Assembly (NCBI GenBank): GCA_964016885.1
Contig: OZ024742.1
Location: 67,766,001 to 67,830,000, forward strand
Direction: 5' to 3'
Length of the DNA stretch: 64,000 bases
DNA from: Eledone cirrhosa
Lineage: Eukaryota
This document shows positions 28,517 through 42,607 of this stretch, piece after piece. Below the pieces are notes generated by a model. That model saw only the letters and a list, made by a program, of their open reading frames with translations. It had not been told where the DNA came from and ran no database searches. Position numbers and translations under genes: made by a program. How positions within the stretch are numbered: position 1 is the stretch's first letter; every line of letters begins with the position of its first letter.

Positions 28517-29674
28517 GTCTTCATTTATAAAACCTGGTATTAGCTTTGTTTCTTGATTTCCCGGAGGCAAAGGTCTGATAATTAACAAAGCTTGTTTTAG
28601 TCTCTTGGACTACAAACTCCACGTTAGCAATTACATGTAAGGATATTAAGCTATATAGCATATGTACGTGACAAAATGCCTTCTCAGCACGCTCATTCAC
28701 TCGAAGAGAGCAACAGAGTCTGGCACCAACGTCATTCTGATTAAAGCTACTATAAGTTTATTGATACAATGTCTGATGCCATAAAAATAGTTTATTTGAC
28801 GTAGAATATCAATAACAAGTGCATCTGAACTCTAATATATTTCCTCATGAAATGCGAATGCAATCTATTGTTGAAAAAGTGTTATTGGGTGTGTGAGGTG
28901 GATGAACGTATTAGATATCAGACTTCTGGCATTTTGAACCGTCGGTTCAAATTGCTCTCAGAGCGTCTATCTGTGTTTCTGAACATGACGCTATATTGTT
29001 TAATGCTTCATTTTCCATAAGAAAAGATTCAATGCCAATTCAAAGGTTCCCTAAAGCAAATTATCGACCTTGCAGCGTCGTCCTCCCCTGGTAAGGTATT
29101 TATTCCATCAAAACATCATCAGGAGAAGGCAGTGGCCGTGACTGCATTCCAGACCTTAGATTACTTTGGTGAGAGTGAAAGGGGATTGTTAGCCCCAAAT
29201 CGGAGACCTAGCGTCAATACTTAAATCTGACACCAACTATCCACTATAATGTGTTTAATACTAATAACATTAATCTGGTAATGTATTTGTACCTGAGTTT
29301 ATCATTTCATTCTATATCACATCAGTTCGTTATATAAGCATAACAGGGTCTTTTTCATGTTTCCTGAAGCATACGGTTGCAACAAATTGTGAAAAAACCG
29401 GCTCCAATGTTATGGTTATATTCAGTCACGTACTGTACCTTCCCACAACACGAAATAGATCTACAGCTATATCGGCAGAAACCATTGAATACTTTGACAG
29501 TAGCCTCGCTCGGTGACTATGCAAATTATTCGTTGAGTATTCTTTTACGAACACCCATTCTGGTTATTCTTTTTAAACGACAACAAACAGTTCATGCTTA
29601 TCAGGAACTATCAATGCATTGAGTTGCTCTAGAATCTGTACAGCAAAGGATAACATTGAGCTAGTATTTACGGG

Positions 29675-29725
<51 letters not shown>

Positions 29726-29769
29726 GAAAAAAGAGGACAATGACTTCATTTATGTTTATTGTTCTTTAA

Positions 29770-30700
29770 TAATCCAGCGCAGCTTGGCCTCAGACAGGGT
29801 CTCGCGCCAGCTCGACCAGCATAGCCTTGCTTGTTTTCGTGCGGCCTCCAAACGCCACAGTGGTGCCTGGCTCATGCCTGACCCTCCTTCTCCACTGGCA
29901 CGCAGCTAGACAACCATAGCCTGCGCATTCGGCGTTTCCCTGAGGCTCGGCCTCCGGATCTGCCAGCCAGGACCATGTCGCTGCTGTTCCACCGTGGACT
30001 CTTTCGGCCTCCACCCGCTTCTCTGTCGCCACAGTGGCCGGCCGCATTCCGCGCCATGCTGCCCAATGAGGTAATTAAGCATGGCTTGGACGCTGCAGGC
30101 TTCCCTTCCCAGCTAGAGTCGGTGAGGTTGGATCGAGGGGACGGCAAAAGGCCAGATGGCATGACCATCTTCCCGTTCCGCGGTCTGGGATACCACTTGT
30201 ACCGACACTTTCTTCTGCAGCCGCACCTGGTGCAGTCTGCGACTGACCCAGGTTCTGCTGCACGTCGGACTGAGGGGGCCAAACTCCTCAAATACCGGCC
30301 ACTCTCCGACAGCTTTGCGGTCGTACGCCTGGCAGTAGAGACTTCTGGTGTCCTCGGCCCCAGGCCTACCTCCTTACTCACCACCATAGGCAATGAGCTG
30401 GCCAGGCCGCAGGTGTGAGCCCCGCGAGTTGGAGTGACTTTTCCAGCGTGTCTCCTTGCCGTCCTCCGGGGAAACGCCTTCTCCATTCTGTTCTCCGTGC
30501 CTGTGGGTGGGCCCCATCACGTACCGTTGTAGTTGTTGTATACAGTTATTTACAGTACGTTGTTATTGTTATTAATTCTGTGAAGTCTGTCTCAACTTAT
30601 TTGGAAACATTCTTGCATTCGGTCTTGATTGTGTATTATGCGATAGTGTATTATGCGATAGTGTATTATGCGATAGTGTATTATGTTGATAACTTATACA
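29770..30700 (+). mobile_element. CRE-like non-LTR retrotransposon 3' part with restriction-like endonuclease, degenerate
   Basis: HSGAWL, SLRLG, NEVIK..L..AG, GKRPDG, E..K..KY, AVETSG, FQR.S..RGNA.SIL; GC-rich; begins just after (TA)n; 15-bp tandem GTGTATTATGCGATA in the 3' UTR. Confidence 0.8.
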
Positions 30701-31007
30701 TAGATATATAGAGAGAGACAGGAATGGGAGTCTGGGAGTAACAGCGTATGTACAAATGAAGAAGTGTAAATCACCATTTTTGATGATAAGAAAGGGAAAA
30801 CGAAGACGAAAGTGTGATTGAGTTAGAATTATATTGGAGGTCATATTTTGAAGGAGAAAGGTTGATCTAAATGGTTAAATGACTATTGGTGAAGAAAGAA
30901 AATAAAATTATTGAGATTAGTGTATCTATATATTGTTATTGTTGAAAAAACAGTAAGAAGCTGGGTGATGGTGGTTTGAGAGATCATAGGGTATAGGTAG
31001 GTATATG

Positions 31008-31087
<80 letters not shown>

Positions 31088-31215
31088 GAAGGTGTTTATC
31101 ATTTCATTCTATATCACATCAGTTTGTTATTCGAGTAGATTGCTGTTGATAACTTGAAAGCATAACAGGATCTTTTTCATGTTTTACTGGAGCGTGCTGG
31201 AGGCAACACATTATG

Positions 31216-31269
<54 letters not shown>

Positions 31270-31301
31270 CAATAATCAAAGCTATGTTCAAATCATTTTA
31301 T

Positions 31302-31348
31302 TGCTGACAATCGTTTCTTCCAAACTATCGTTTGCTTTCGTCAGAGCA
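31302..31348 (-). ncRNA. Type I hammerhead ribozyme
   Basis: Minus: TGCT-CTGACGA-aag CAAAC gata GTTTG gaa-GAAA-CGATTG-TC-AGCA(ATAAAA). Confidence 0.72.
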
Positions 31349-31486
31349 GTACCGATGTTTGTACATATAATTAACCTCCTATTCAACTTAACAATCATAT
31401 AGATACATGGTTATTAATGTTGTCAACAACAGTTTCGTATTTACAGAGTGGAATGGATGCGACATAGATTTCAAGAGAATTGTAAA

Positions 31487-31579
31487 ATAATTAAAATTAA
31501 AAATTAAAAATTAAAAATTAAAAATTAAAAATTAAAAATTAAAAATTAAAAATTAAAAATTAAAAATTAAAAATTAAAA
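31487..31579. repeat. (AAAATT)n hexamer satellite
   Basis: Direct reading; lies between two copies of CAGAGTGGAATG.ATGCGACA.AGATT. Confidence 0.9.
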
Positions 31580-32037
31580 GGGCACAGAGTGGAATGCATG
31601 CGACAGAGATTACAAGGGAATAGTATAACAATTAAAGAGGCATTAAGGTAGAAAGTTACTCGTAAAACGAGGACACTAGCAGTACATATGCAAGCGTAAA
31701 GAGTGCAAATGCATGAGGCAGTAACAGGAAGAAAACAAGCAATGGTATTAGGCATATATAATTTCTGCAAGGCAAAGGTATCACATAAAATAACATAGGT
31801 TTACAAGCATATCAAGCAGGAAAGCTGTTTTTGTATTAAAATTATGGGTTTATGGTGGATGTAGTGTGACTGTTGTTTCTGTAATTTTTAAATGTATATG
31901 TGCTGAGAGTATCAATGTTATTGCTATCTTTTCCATTACATTGGCTATATTTTATTTTAGTGAATGTCATTAATCAGTCACAGCCATGGATTGTACATCG
32001 GTTCTATTATATTGCTAACCGTGGTTCGAGTTGATTC

Positions 32038-32076
<39 letters not shown>

Positions 32077-32849
32077 AAAATAGTCAGAAACTCCACTGTT
32101 GAGCTACGGCCGTTTCGACAGCTAGATCAGTTTTGGTCCACCTGGTATCTTACCACACCTTCTATATATATAAATCATAATTATGAGCATGGGTTTGAAG
32201 ATATATTATGTTATAGAGTGATATATATAATTATGTTATAGAGTGGTATATATATATATATAATGGAAAATGCATTTGTTTGTATTAGGGGGGGGGGGTG
32301 AAGTGGGTAGCAGTATATGTGCTCTTTTCCGAGAAGAAATTACATAAAATATCTCGATGGACGTAAAAAGAAAGATGGCTTGTTAAATCAATATCAAAAT
32401 CGATAAAATGTCTATATCAATGTTCGGCATAAAATATATATCTGATCAATAACTAAAGCATATTACGGCAAATTAAAATTCATACCAGAGTTTGTTGTGC
32501 CATATCGCAGCAGAAAGCTACACTCTGCCAGATTAGATAATGTATTTTACTGTAAATTTTTATGGCTTTCACTCGGATACATTATTACTTAGAGTTTCAT
32601 ATAGCAATAATAATTCTAACATTGCTCCTTAACTGTGATGCAAGTGTAATTTCATAGGATATTCAATAATGCGTTTCATATTATAATAGTTGTAATAGTT
32701 GACGTATTATGGTCTGATCGTGAAATCTAAGATTCCACACACTTATTAAGTCGTTACAGTCTCGGATAGAATCTTTTCCTGTATTGGTGTCTATGCATTT
32801 AGATTCGAATGCCACTAAGATGAACTGTCAGCTTCATAGGGATTATTAA

Positions 32850-33036
32850 ATAATTGTTTCTACTATTGGGCACAAGGCCAGCAATTACCCCACTACATTA
32901 CTGGTACTTTATTTTATCGACCCCGTAAGAATGAAAGGCAAAGTGAACCTCGGCGGGATTTGAACTCACACCATAAAGGGGCGTAACTCTATGCTGCAAA
33001 GCATGGCGCCCGAACTTCTACTGATACTGCCAATCG
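32850..33036 (-). mobile_element. SINE copy (Meta-like)
   Basis: Reverse complement of the 40607 copy (TTTTATCGACCCCGTAAGAATGAAAGGCAAAG..GGATTTGAACTC). Confidence 0.85.
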
Positions 33037-33539
33037 ATTAAATAATGCACGATTTATGTATTCGGGTCCATATTCCTCTATCTGAATTTCCCTCTCTTGT
33101 TCTCTCTTTCTCCGACTATCCATGAAGAGGCGCCTTTTATCAACGAGAAGTGGCGTTAGATATGACAAACTGACTATTTTCAGGAAATACAATGGGTTAG
33201 GTTAGATGATAGCAATCTCTTTTCAAAGAAAATGCAAACTGGAATATTACTGGAAATGTTCAAAGACGTAACGTACAAAAAGATCACAGACGCCAATAAG
33301 AAATGATAGTGAATTGTTATTAGTAGTCAATGGTAACCGTCCTATTTACCAGATGTCGTAGTCGGTACATGGAATTTAATCGACTTAATTAATGAGAACT
33401 TAGGAAACACTTGACTTGCACAACATAACACTTATCTATGCTTCAAATCCCTCACATATCTTAGTAATTAAATGACATATTCGTAGATACATTCGTATGC
33501 GCACACATACGCACACGCATATATGCGGTTATAATTTGG

Positions 33540-34200
33540 AAGTGTAATGCTGCCAATATAAACACGCACCTGTTGGTTTTCAATTCAATTTATTATAACA
33601 TTCCGGGTGGTTGGTTCAATAACCAGATAATTGTTTATATATTGTCTAGGCTCTTTCATCACACATTCTATGACCTCATCAATGACTTGTTTATTATTTA
33701 GTGTTCTCCATCATGCTTTTATTTGGTTTGTGCATGTGTTACATCCGGGTGTGTGTATGTTTTCATTTATTTATTTAAGTGTTTATTTACTTGTCACTAG
33801 CTGGTTGTTTGTTCTATCTGTGCATGTCTGGTTTGTTTTATTAGTTTGGTTTTTGTGTGTCTCTGTATGGCTTAATGTTGTCCTTAATTTCGAGTTGTAA
33901 TGTTGCGATTCCACTTGTGTTATCTGTTTAATTTTTGTTGGAGTTCGTTTATGTTTGTCGCCTCTGTAATTTGTCTGTGCATTGCGTCTTTTCTTTGTGT
34001 GGGTATAATTTTACATTTATGATCCCCCTAACCCTATGTTCTATTTTGGCATGTTAGTGGAAGATTGATGAGTTTTTCCCATCCTGGAGTTCTCACCAGG
34101 GCTCATTTCTCTTTTCTCCTATGCTACGGGCTTTCTTGCCTATGTATGTTGTGTTCTTATCCCTACGCATCACTACATATTATACTATATACTACGTTCC
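33540..34200 (-). mobile_element. PLE pLTR/3' UTR remnant, same family as 3770-4180, with degenerate HHR (~33643-33686)
   Basis: Collinear similarity (TGCCAATA.AAACACGCACC, TTCAATTTATTATAA, TCTTTC.TCACACATT.T.TGACCTCATCA.TGAC). Confidence 0.65.
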
Positions 34201-34807
34201 TAGTTTTGCAGTTAGTTTGTGGGCTTAATAAGAAAGTCACGCGTGTGGAAATGCAAGCACGCAACCTTAGCTGCATGCTCGATTGGAAACCAATAGTAGC
34301 AGCTGAAAACTGTTCCGGATACTACACTATGATATATATATATTATACTAAGTAAGACTTCACCAATTAATCTGTAGATAATCGGTATAGGTTCATTTAA
34401 CGATTAATCGGTTTTGATAATCTGCGTTATATGTGGGAGCAAGAAACCATGTGTATTAAAATTATTCAATACTTTCCAGTAATCTTAACCTATACAAATA
34501 AGAATATTGTAGTGATCTAATTTAAGAACTCGTAAATTGTAATGTAAAAACATAAAAGTTCTCCATTCTCATAGCATAGTTGATTTCTTGCAGATTTATA
34601 TATGTTAACTCCCGCGATAAGCTCCAAATAACTTTGATACGTGATATTTACAGTAGTTCCATAATTGTGAATCAATTTTGAAATATGATATATTACAATT
34701 AATTATCATATGCATTTTAATACCACAATATATCATTATATTAAATTGTTTAATTTTGTATTGGGTAATCGGCCTATTTATTCATCGTAGAATACATGAA
34801 CCATTTT

Positions 34808-34965
34808 GTCCTTGGGCCTAGGGCCAGCTCCCTGCTCACCACCTTCTACACAGAGTTGGCTGCTGACAGGTGTGAGACTCGCGAGCTGGAATGGCTCTTC
34901 CAGCGCGTCTAGCATCCTGCCCCATCCTGCGGGGTAACGCCTTCTCTATTCTGTCCGCTGGGATC
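34808..34965 (+). mobile_element. Second CRE-like 3' fragment
   Basis: VLGPRASSLLTT..RELEWLFQRV..ILRGNAFSIL, homologous to 30348-30495. Confidence 0.75.
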
Positions 34966-35822
34966 TCGGGGCGGCCTGCGCCTGGGCCCTCATTTGCTCA
35001 GAATAGTGAGATATGGGGAGAGCGGGAGAGACGAAGGCAGTTGAACTTTAATATATATATTCGAAATTTGATGTGGATGTGGCAGTCAATATGCATATTC
35101 AATATTGTAGGAAATTACAGACATTACAAACTCATTTCTACGACGATGTCTCTATGAATTCTAAGCTGTTGCGTATAGAAATTCATTTTGTGTTTATTGG
35201 AGGTCATTAGATAGAAGAATTCCTGAGATATTTCTAAATCAATAATTGAAAGAACTTTCAATAATTAATTTTAAAAAGTGATTAAAATTAATACAGACAC
35301 ATGAAACAAATCGCTAAGAAGACACCCACCCATTAACACTACCAAACGAGTTTATATTTTTACAGGTTGAGGAAACTTGAGAAATATTTAGATCAGAACC
35401 TCAAAATGTAGTTTTACAATTGCTGAATGGAAACTTTATCCTGAAGATATAAAACAACTGTTTGCATTCATTAATCACACGCACTATTTCTCTTTCATTT
35501 TTTGTTTCGTGTTGATTGAATCTAATTAATGAATTATTGCTAGCAATCTGATCTACCTAGTAATTTCAGTCCATTCCAGTGGGAATTAACCTCAGCATGT
35601 ATTGAGGCGAATGTATCAATTCAATCATTTGTTTAAGTCACCATTTGTTTCTGCAGATTCAAGAATGATTTATGCGGACTGCTCAGATGTTGCACTGCAC
35701 TTGCAAATAATATCAGTAAACCCTGCTCAGATTTCTAACTACTATCTTAAAAATTTAAGGACACATTATATATAATGAATGTGAGTGAAAGATAAAAATG
35801 GGCAGTTTCCCCGGTAACGCCA

Positions 35823-35928
<106 letters not shown>

Positions 35929-36046
35929 TAATTACTATTGTTGATATTATAATACTCCAGATAAAAATTTAATTGTAGAGTGCTTAATATCTGTTATGAA
36001 CATAACTCTATTGAATACTAATAAACAAAGCATATAACTCATTATT

Positions 36047-36083
<37 letters not shown>

Positions 36084-36267
36084 AAGAGTAACATGGTTGG
36101 CTGTACAATAAGGGCTTTATTCACAGTGCTGACAATTGTTTCGTTGATCTGGTCGGTCTAGAGCTCGCTAATCGCTTGGTGTTGCGTCAATCGAATACGT
36201 TGTTTACAACCAGTCAATACATCAGCTCCCACTAGGTTGAGCAACAACATTAACGCACGGTAATAAC

Positions 36268-38642
36268 ATGGAAAAGCACCACATAGGCATGTCACTGAAG
36301 AACATACCTTTACCTACAAATAAGGACTATACACTTGGCATGATACAACGGACTAATGATTTCATCCGCCGAATCCGATGGAAAGCTTACCACTACGACA
36401 AAGGACCCGCTAATAACACGGAGGAATTAGGGATTCAAATCCTGTAAAAACCCACCAAATAACCCCATACTCGATGCCTTCGAGCTTGATCTTATGAACA
36501 TGATAAGTAGAACTAAATTAAAAAAGCGGACACATCACAACAAATTCAAAACGACATCAATACACTACTAAAAAACTAAGAAGCACTAACGGTATCATAG
36601 TAAAAGCAGACAAAACATCAAACGTATACACCATGGACCTTAATACATACAATAATTTCATATGACGTGAACTGCACAAAAAATACACAAAACAACCGAA
36701 TCTACACTCACTAGCATTAATAAGGAGGGACTAAGCATAGTAAAAAACTGAAAATATCCGATAGAACCAAGCCTCTAACCCCATGAGCCCCACATTTAAC
36801 CTTAAGGATCACAAAAATAATTTTGAAACAAACCCTGTAATTAAATTAATATGCCCATCCAAGTCAGATATCGGTAAAATTAGCAAATATATTCTAGAGA
36901 GGGTAATCGCACAAATTAAGAGAAAACTAGTAATCAACTTATGGGGAAACACTAACGAAGCAATAGAATGGTTCAGTAAAATAAAAAACAGAGAAACATA
37001 CAACTTCATATGATTCGACATTAATGATTACTACGCCTCCATTTTCCCAGTCACCCTAGATAAAGCACTAACCTTCGCCCAAAATAACTTGGCCCTTACC
37101 TCAGATGAAATTAAAATAATACTAGCTGCTAGACGGACTATCATAAAATTCGTAAATAGCTACTGGGAAAGAAAAAATAGGAAGAATAGCTTCGATATCA
37201 CAATGGGATCGAACGACGCAGCGCAAATAACAGACGTCGTTGGGATATTAATAGCACATAACTTACATAAAGAGTTCAACAACCTCCAAGGAGGAATGTA
37301 TAGAGATGGTACGCTCCTTATAGCTAAAAACGTAAATAACCAGAACATGGAAAGATTACGAAAAAATATTAGAACATTCTTCAAACAACTAGGCTTAGAT
37401 ATCACTTTCGAACTTAATTTTAAAAAGGCAAAGTTTTTAGATGTAACTCTAAACCTAAACACAGGATTAATAGAACCCTTCCATAAAAATAATGAAAATC
37501 TAACCTACATTAGTTACAACTCAAACCACTGCGATCCATAATTAACTCCATAGCACATAGTATATCCCTCAGAATATCCCGTCTATCCTCAAACCTGGAA
37601 ATTTTTAATGAACATGCTAATTATTATAACGCAGCATTACATAAAGCTGGACACAAAGAAAAGCTGCAGTTTATAACAGATAGGGACAACATCAACAAAC
37701 CTGATAACACCAACACTACCCGCTCATACACAAATAAAAGACACAGGACTGGGCATGGAACTAGACAACTAGCACCGATAGTAGGAGGACAGAACAATAA
37801 CAATAGAAACCCCCAAAATTATAGAAGTACTAGAGAAAGAAAATACATATGGTTCAATCCGATCTTCAACTCCTCTATAAGAACTAAACTGCCTTCTACG
37901 TTTTTTAAACTAATAGATAAGCACTTCCCTACATTGCATACATAACATGAAATCTTCAATAGAAAAACTATAAAACTTTCATACTCAACTGCAGCCAACA
38001 TAGAATCGCACATGCGTAAGATCAACCACAAAAATATATCTAAAGAAATTACCACACCAATACACAACATAGCACCAAATACAAAACACAAACACATAAA
38101 AGTATCACAACCACAAACGCATCTGAACATACCACAGCAAAAGTTCAATAAGCATGAATCGCAACTCACACATAACAATTTACAAAACCGCAATGTGAAA
38201 GCTGCACGAAATAATACTTCAAACTGCAATTGCCACCTACCAGATAAGTATCCATTAGGGAATAGGTGCCTAGATTCTAGCTTAGTGTACATGTGTACTG
38301 TAAACTCGGGCAACTCCACCTGGCACTACATAGGATCCACTGCGGGTGATTTTAAAAAAAAGGTGGTATGTCCACAGATTTTTAATGAAGAACCGCGCAC
38401 TGGTGAATTCTAAAACCCTCGCCAATAAAATCTGGCAACTTAAGGACAAAAACCTTGATTACAATATTAGCTGGTCGAAATTAGCGGCCTATAGCAGCGG
38501 TATGTCCCATTGCGGGCTCTGCAACCTTGAATTGTTACATATCTTAAGGTACAATAAAATGCTACTTAACAGCAAAATAGAAAGGTCAATTTTCTGCAGA
38601 TATAGGATTGCTACTAAATTTACGAGATTTAAACCACCGTGA
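36268..38642 (+). pseudogene. PLE RT + GIY-YIG endonuclease ORF with multiple stops and frameshifts
   Basis: MSLKNIP, RRIRWKA, KADKTSN, LKDHKNNF..LICPSKSDIG, FDINDYY, MGSNDAAQ, YRDG (YRDD damaged), FLDVTLNL, WFNP, CNC..PLG..CL..LVY..YIGST, CGLC.LE. Confidence 0.93.
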
Positions 38643-39680
38643 TTAGAACCAGCAGCCCCAAAATTAATGGAAAACCACTTAGACTTTATCGTATAAAATC
38701 CGCGTTCTCACACAGCGTATTTCAGAACCATAAACTTCTATAAACACCTTCCAGCCTCCCTACATCTATACCACGAAGATAGGACGGCAATGTCTACAAA
38801 CATTTACCAATTATCTTGTCAGCCCATAAATCAGTCTCGTCTTTGCTGTTGTTTATTCTTTCGAACCAAACAATTATATCTAGATATATCATATTAGCAC
38901 CCAGGTTCTCTAACAGATGAACTTAATTCTAAGTACATTATCTTATTACACTTACACTCCTTTGAAACTCTTATTATTATTATTATCATCATCCCAATGC
39001 ACCCTATCCCTAAATGTATTCATCATGTTCTCTATCTATTTACCATGCATGTTTTATTGTTGATGTTATTGTCTTAATTATACATTATTGTGTTATTAAT
39101 GTTGCGAAAACTAAACCCCCATGATTCGAACTAGCAATCCCAAAATTTAAAATAACATACTGAATCCACAATTTCACTTAATACCAGCTACCAATAAACC
39201 ATAAGTCGCTATACACTCCTTCCATCAATCTCACTAAGTTGATACAACAGGAGAAAATACTTAACACAAGCGCTTATCTGTCAAACCATAAATCAACCTC
39301 CGTTTTATGGATGACAGACCCACAGCTCACTTTTTAGGATATCAGACCCACAGCTCACTTGTATCTAAATCTCTCATAATTGCACTTAAAGTGTAGATTC
39401 CAAAACCTGACTCTAAGTACATTTTATTATTTATCCCTTCATCTAACTCATCCCTCGACTACTACCTCTATTGTACCCTATGGTAGATTTCGCATGTCAC
39501 TTAATACATGTGTATCATATCTGTTTGTTTACCATGCTTGTTTTATCACTATTTCTTACTTGTATTGATGTTATTGTTTTAATTATTCACTATCTAGTTA
39601 GTTTGTTACTGATGTTATTGTTCTGGTCTAACACCAATCTCCTATAAAAGCTATGCCTTGCGTATCCTCATCATATCCAC

Positions 39681-39791
39681 GTACTCTGATATATTGACTG
39701 GTTTTAAACAAAGTATTGGAGATCGATTGACTCAACACCAAGCGATTAGCGAGCTCTAGACCGACCAGATCAACGAAGCAATTGTCAGCAC
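39681..39791 (+). ncRNA. Degenerate HHR with long stem II (mirror copy at 36126-36225, minus)
   Basis: GTACT-CTGATAT-ATTGACTGG..CCAGATCAAC-GAAG-CAATTG-TC-AGCAC; the mirror copy has CTGATGT and GAAA. Confidence 0.6.
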
Positions 39792-40019
39792 TGTGAATAA
39801 AGCCCTTATTGTACAGCTAACCATGTTACTCTTATTTCTTGAATTATTATTACTCCAAGTATAACCTACACAGTGCATCACTATGGAAGCGTCTTGTTGA
39901 GTCAAACTTAGCCATACGTTAAAACCATCCACAACACGGCGTACTCTAACTGGACTACCTCTAAGTGGATTACCTACAACGATAACTTGTTATCCCGTGT
40001 ATATATATATATATATATA

Positions 40020-40064
<45 letters not shown>

Positions 40065-40067
<3 letters not shown>

Positions 40068-40175
40068 CAGATAAATGACTTCTACAAGACTAGAACTGTT
40101 TCATTCAATTGAAATCATACTGATTATTTCATATGAATGAAACGGTTATAGTCCGACAGAAGTCATTTCTATATA
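40065..40175. repeat. Short fold-back with HHR remnant
   Basis: AAATGACTTCT..GACTA.AACTGTTTCATTCA / TGAATGAAACGGTT.TAGTC..AGAAGTCATTT; centre CTGATTA..GAAA. Confidence 0.6.
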
Positions 40176-40606
40176 AAATAAAAATGCCTAGACACTTCAT
40201 CGTATTTAGTAACTTTTATAACTATGGTTTTTTTTCCCCGATCCCCATCGGGAATCCACCCTTAATTATATGTTTATACACTTCCGTCTGTCCGTCCATC
40301 TGTGTATAAATGATGCTAGTTTTTCAGTAGGGGAATCCCATTACTGGAAAGGGGCCATTTCTGATATGCGAGCATCAATTTTCAGTCTACTCGAAGGTGC
40401 ATGCTTCTCAGAAAATGTTTACTTGGTGTTTTAAATTAATTCGAAAACAATTGTCTTAGGGAGACTACTAGTGGAGAGAAAGAATTTTTCTTTTCAAAAA
40501 TGGGTTCATTTTGTTAAGGGGTAATTAAAACATTGTGTGCATTTCACCGTGACGTTTAGGAGCATTTTTTGTATACTCTGCTGTGTATCTTATTCTGATC
40601 TATTAT

Positions 40607-40794
40607 GGTGGATTGGCAGTATCGGTAGAGGATCGGACGCCATGCTTTGATGCATAGAGTTACGGCCCTTGCCATTCTGAGTTCAAATCCCGCCAAGGTT
40701 AACTTTGCCTTTCATCCTTACGGGGTCGATAAAATAAAGTACCAGTAATGTACTTGTAAATTGCTGGCCTTGTGCCAATAGTAGAAACAATTAT
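40607..40794 (+). mobile_element. SINE copy (Meta-like), full length
   Basis: TGGCAGTATCGG box A, GAGTTCAAATCC box B, GCCTTTCATCCTTACGGGGTCGATAAAATAAAGTACCAG. Confidence 0.88.
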
Positions 40795-41473
40795 GTTATA
40801 TATGCTGCAGTTATCAGGCGTGAGCATATTTAAAAGGTCTGTTAGGTTATCTATGAATACATACATATCTAAAGAACACATCCACATATAAGCATATATA
40901 TCCAAACTTGTGATGTCGGTTGGTTAGTTGCTAGTGTAAATTGTCTGAGTTGTTTTGTTATTTGTTAAGGTACTTGGAATATATGACTTGATATACATGT
41001 GTAAAATCATACATACATGGATACACATATATATCTACGTGCACATATATACACAGGTTGTTTCGATTACTTTCTATCTGGAATGTCAAATTTAGCTTCA
41101 TTTTTAAAAAGCAGCATTTGGTGTGCCCACCCTAAAATCTCCGCTAACTTTCTCGTCTGTCAGGGCCAGTTGAGCCTCCCTCACAGCCTGTATTTTGATA
41201 CCTACCCACTTCAAATGAACTAAGGAGCTCCTAGCATCCTACCTGTCTCAGATCGTGTGTTGACCAGAGACGTATGGTCAAGTTATCGCTGTGTGGGATA
41301 GGTTAATGAACGAATTGTCTGGAATATCTATACTCGTAGATGGCAATATAACATAGGTTGTTCGGTTGATCAAACTACGGGCTATTCAGACACCAATCCT
41401 GGCAGCCTTTACATATGTGTGTGTAATATATATATATATATATATATATTACACATGTGTGTGTGTGTGTGTG

Positions 41474-41518
<45 letters not shown>

Positions 41519-42607
41519 TATGTGTGTGTGTAATATATATATATATATTTATTTACATATCAGAGCGAGAAAGAGAGTGTGTGTGTGTGTGTAAGTGATT
41601 GAGAGGGAGAGAATCAGGGGTATAAAGATAATATTTACTGATAGAGGGAGTCAATGGATGCAGTAGGGTTGTATTTATATATAATATATGTATATTTATT
41701 GACAACAATCGAATTTTGCCGAGTCAAATGGTTAAATCGTCTGCTTGGATTATATGTTGGCACAAGTACCAATCAACTAATTCTAGCGTATTCCTTGTGT
41801 TATTTGTAAATTAGGCCAAACAATTGTGAGAAATCTATAATGGGGAAAATGAACGATGAATTATCATTCCGAATGGTCTGCAATCACGCAAAATACTCAC
41901 ATTATAAACATTATCGTTGCAAATAGTGCTAACTCTCTTTTCAATCTTTGGACATCAAATTCAATTTTAATCTATATATCTACAGATATATATATTCTCA
42001 ACTGTTGGCAATGTATCTTAAAATACGTTAATTCATGTTTCATGTGATACAGACAACAAGACAAACCTTAGTTCTTTATCCTTATTCAGCATACGTAATT
42101 AGCCATTTTACATACAATAATATATCGTGACCACATACATAAATTAAAACATACCTTGATATTTACGTTTACACGCTTCCTATCACCGTGTAATTTGCTT
42201 ATTCGTAAGCCTTTTTTGTATGCATATTTAATGTATTGTATAGTTATTTTAGTCTAGTCTAGATGTAGGTACACAGAAACTGTGCTCTAAACTGCCGCGG
42301 AGATGGCACCTGGTATCAGAAGGCTCAGCCTGTTAAGTTGGCTTTGCTTGAGGATTCTATAACAGATACACGTTTCTGTGCATTATTGAAACACATATAC
42401 AGTTCCTGTCGTTCAAAAAACTATTGTACGCCTTTCTAAAAGCAATACGCACACATGCACATACACTCATATGTATGTGTGTGTGTGTGTATCTAGTGGT
42501 ATGCAGTAGGGGGGGGGGGGGGGCAAAACAACAATTTTTAAGGAACCTTAATTCGACGGTATGCACAGAGTTTCAAATAGTATTTTAAATAAAATATATG
42601 AAAATTA

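Larger units (their letters stand above)
36083..39998 (+). mobile_element. Near full-length Penelope-like element (Naiad-type) with inverted 5' pLTR (36083-36225) and 3' pLTR (39686-39834, plus tail)
   Basis: Complete RT + GIY-YIG coding span; inverted arms; flanked by (TG)n/(TA)n; degenerate long-stem-II HHR in both pLTRs. Confidence 0.93.

Noticed and set aside
31487-31579. Telomere-like hexamer array
   Set aside because: AAAATT lacks the G-rich telomeric pattern; it is a simple expansion inside a probable PLE UTR.
32085-32135. Possible HHR on minus (CTGATCT..GAAA-CGGCCG-TA)
   Set aside because: Only the 3' half is convincing; core and stem I are broken, so it was not counted.
36268-38642. 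Selenocysteine recoding as reported for some Naiad PLEs
   Set aside because: Conserved Cys positions read in the PLE fragments use TGT/TGC; the TGA at 37011-37013 is not at an evident Cys site and the copy has many other lesions.
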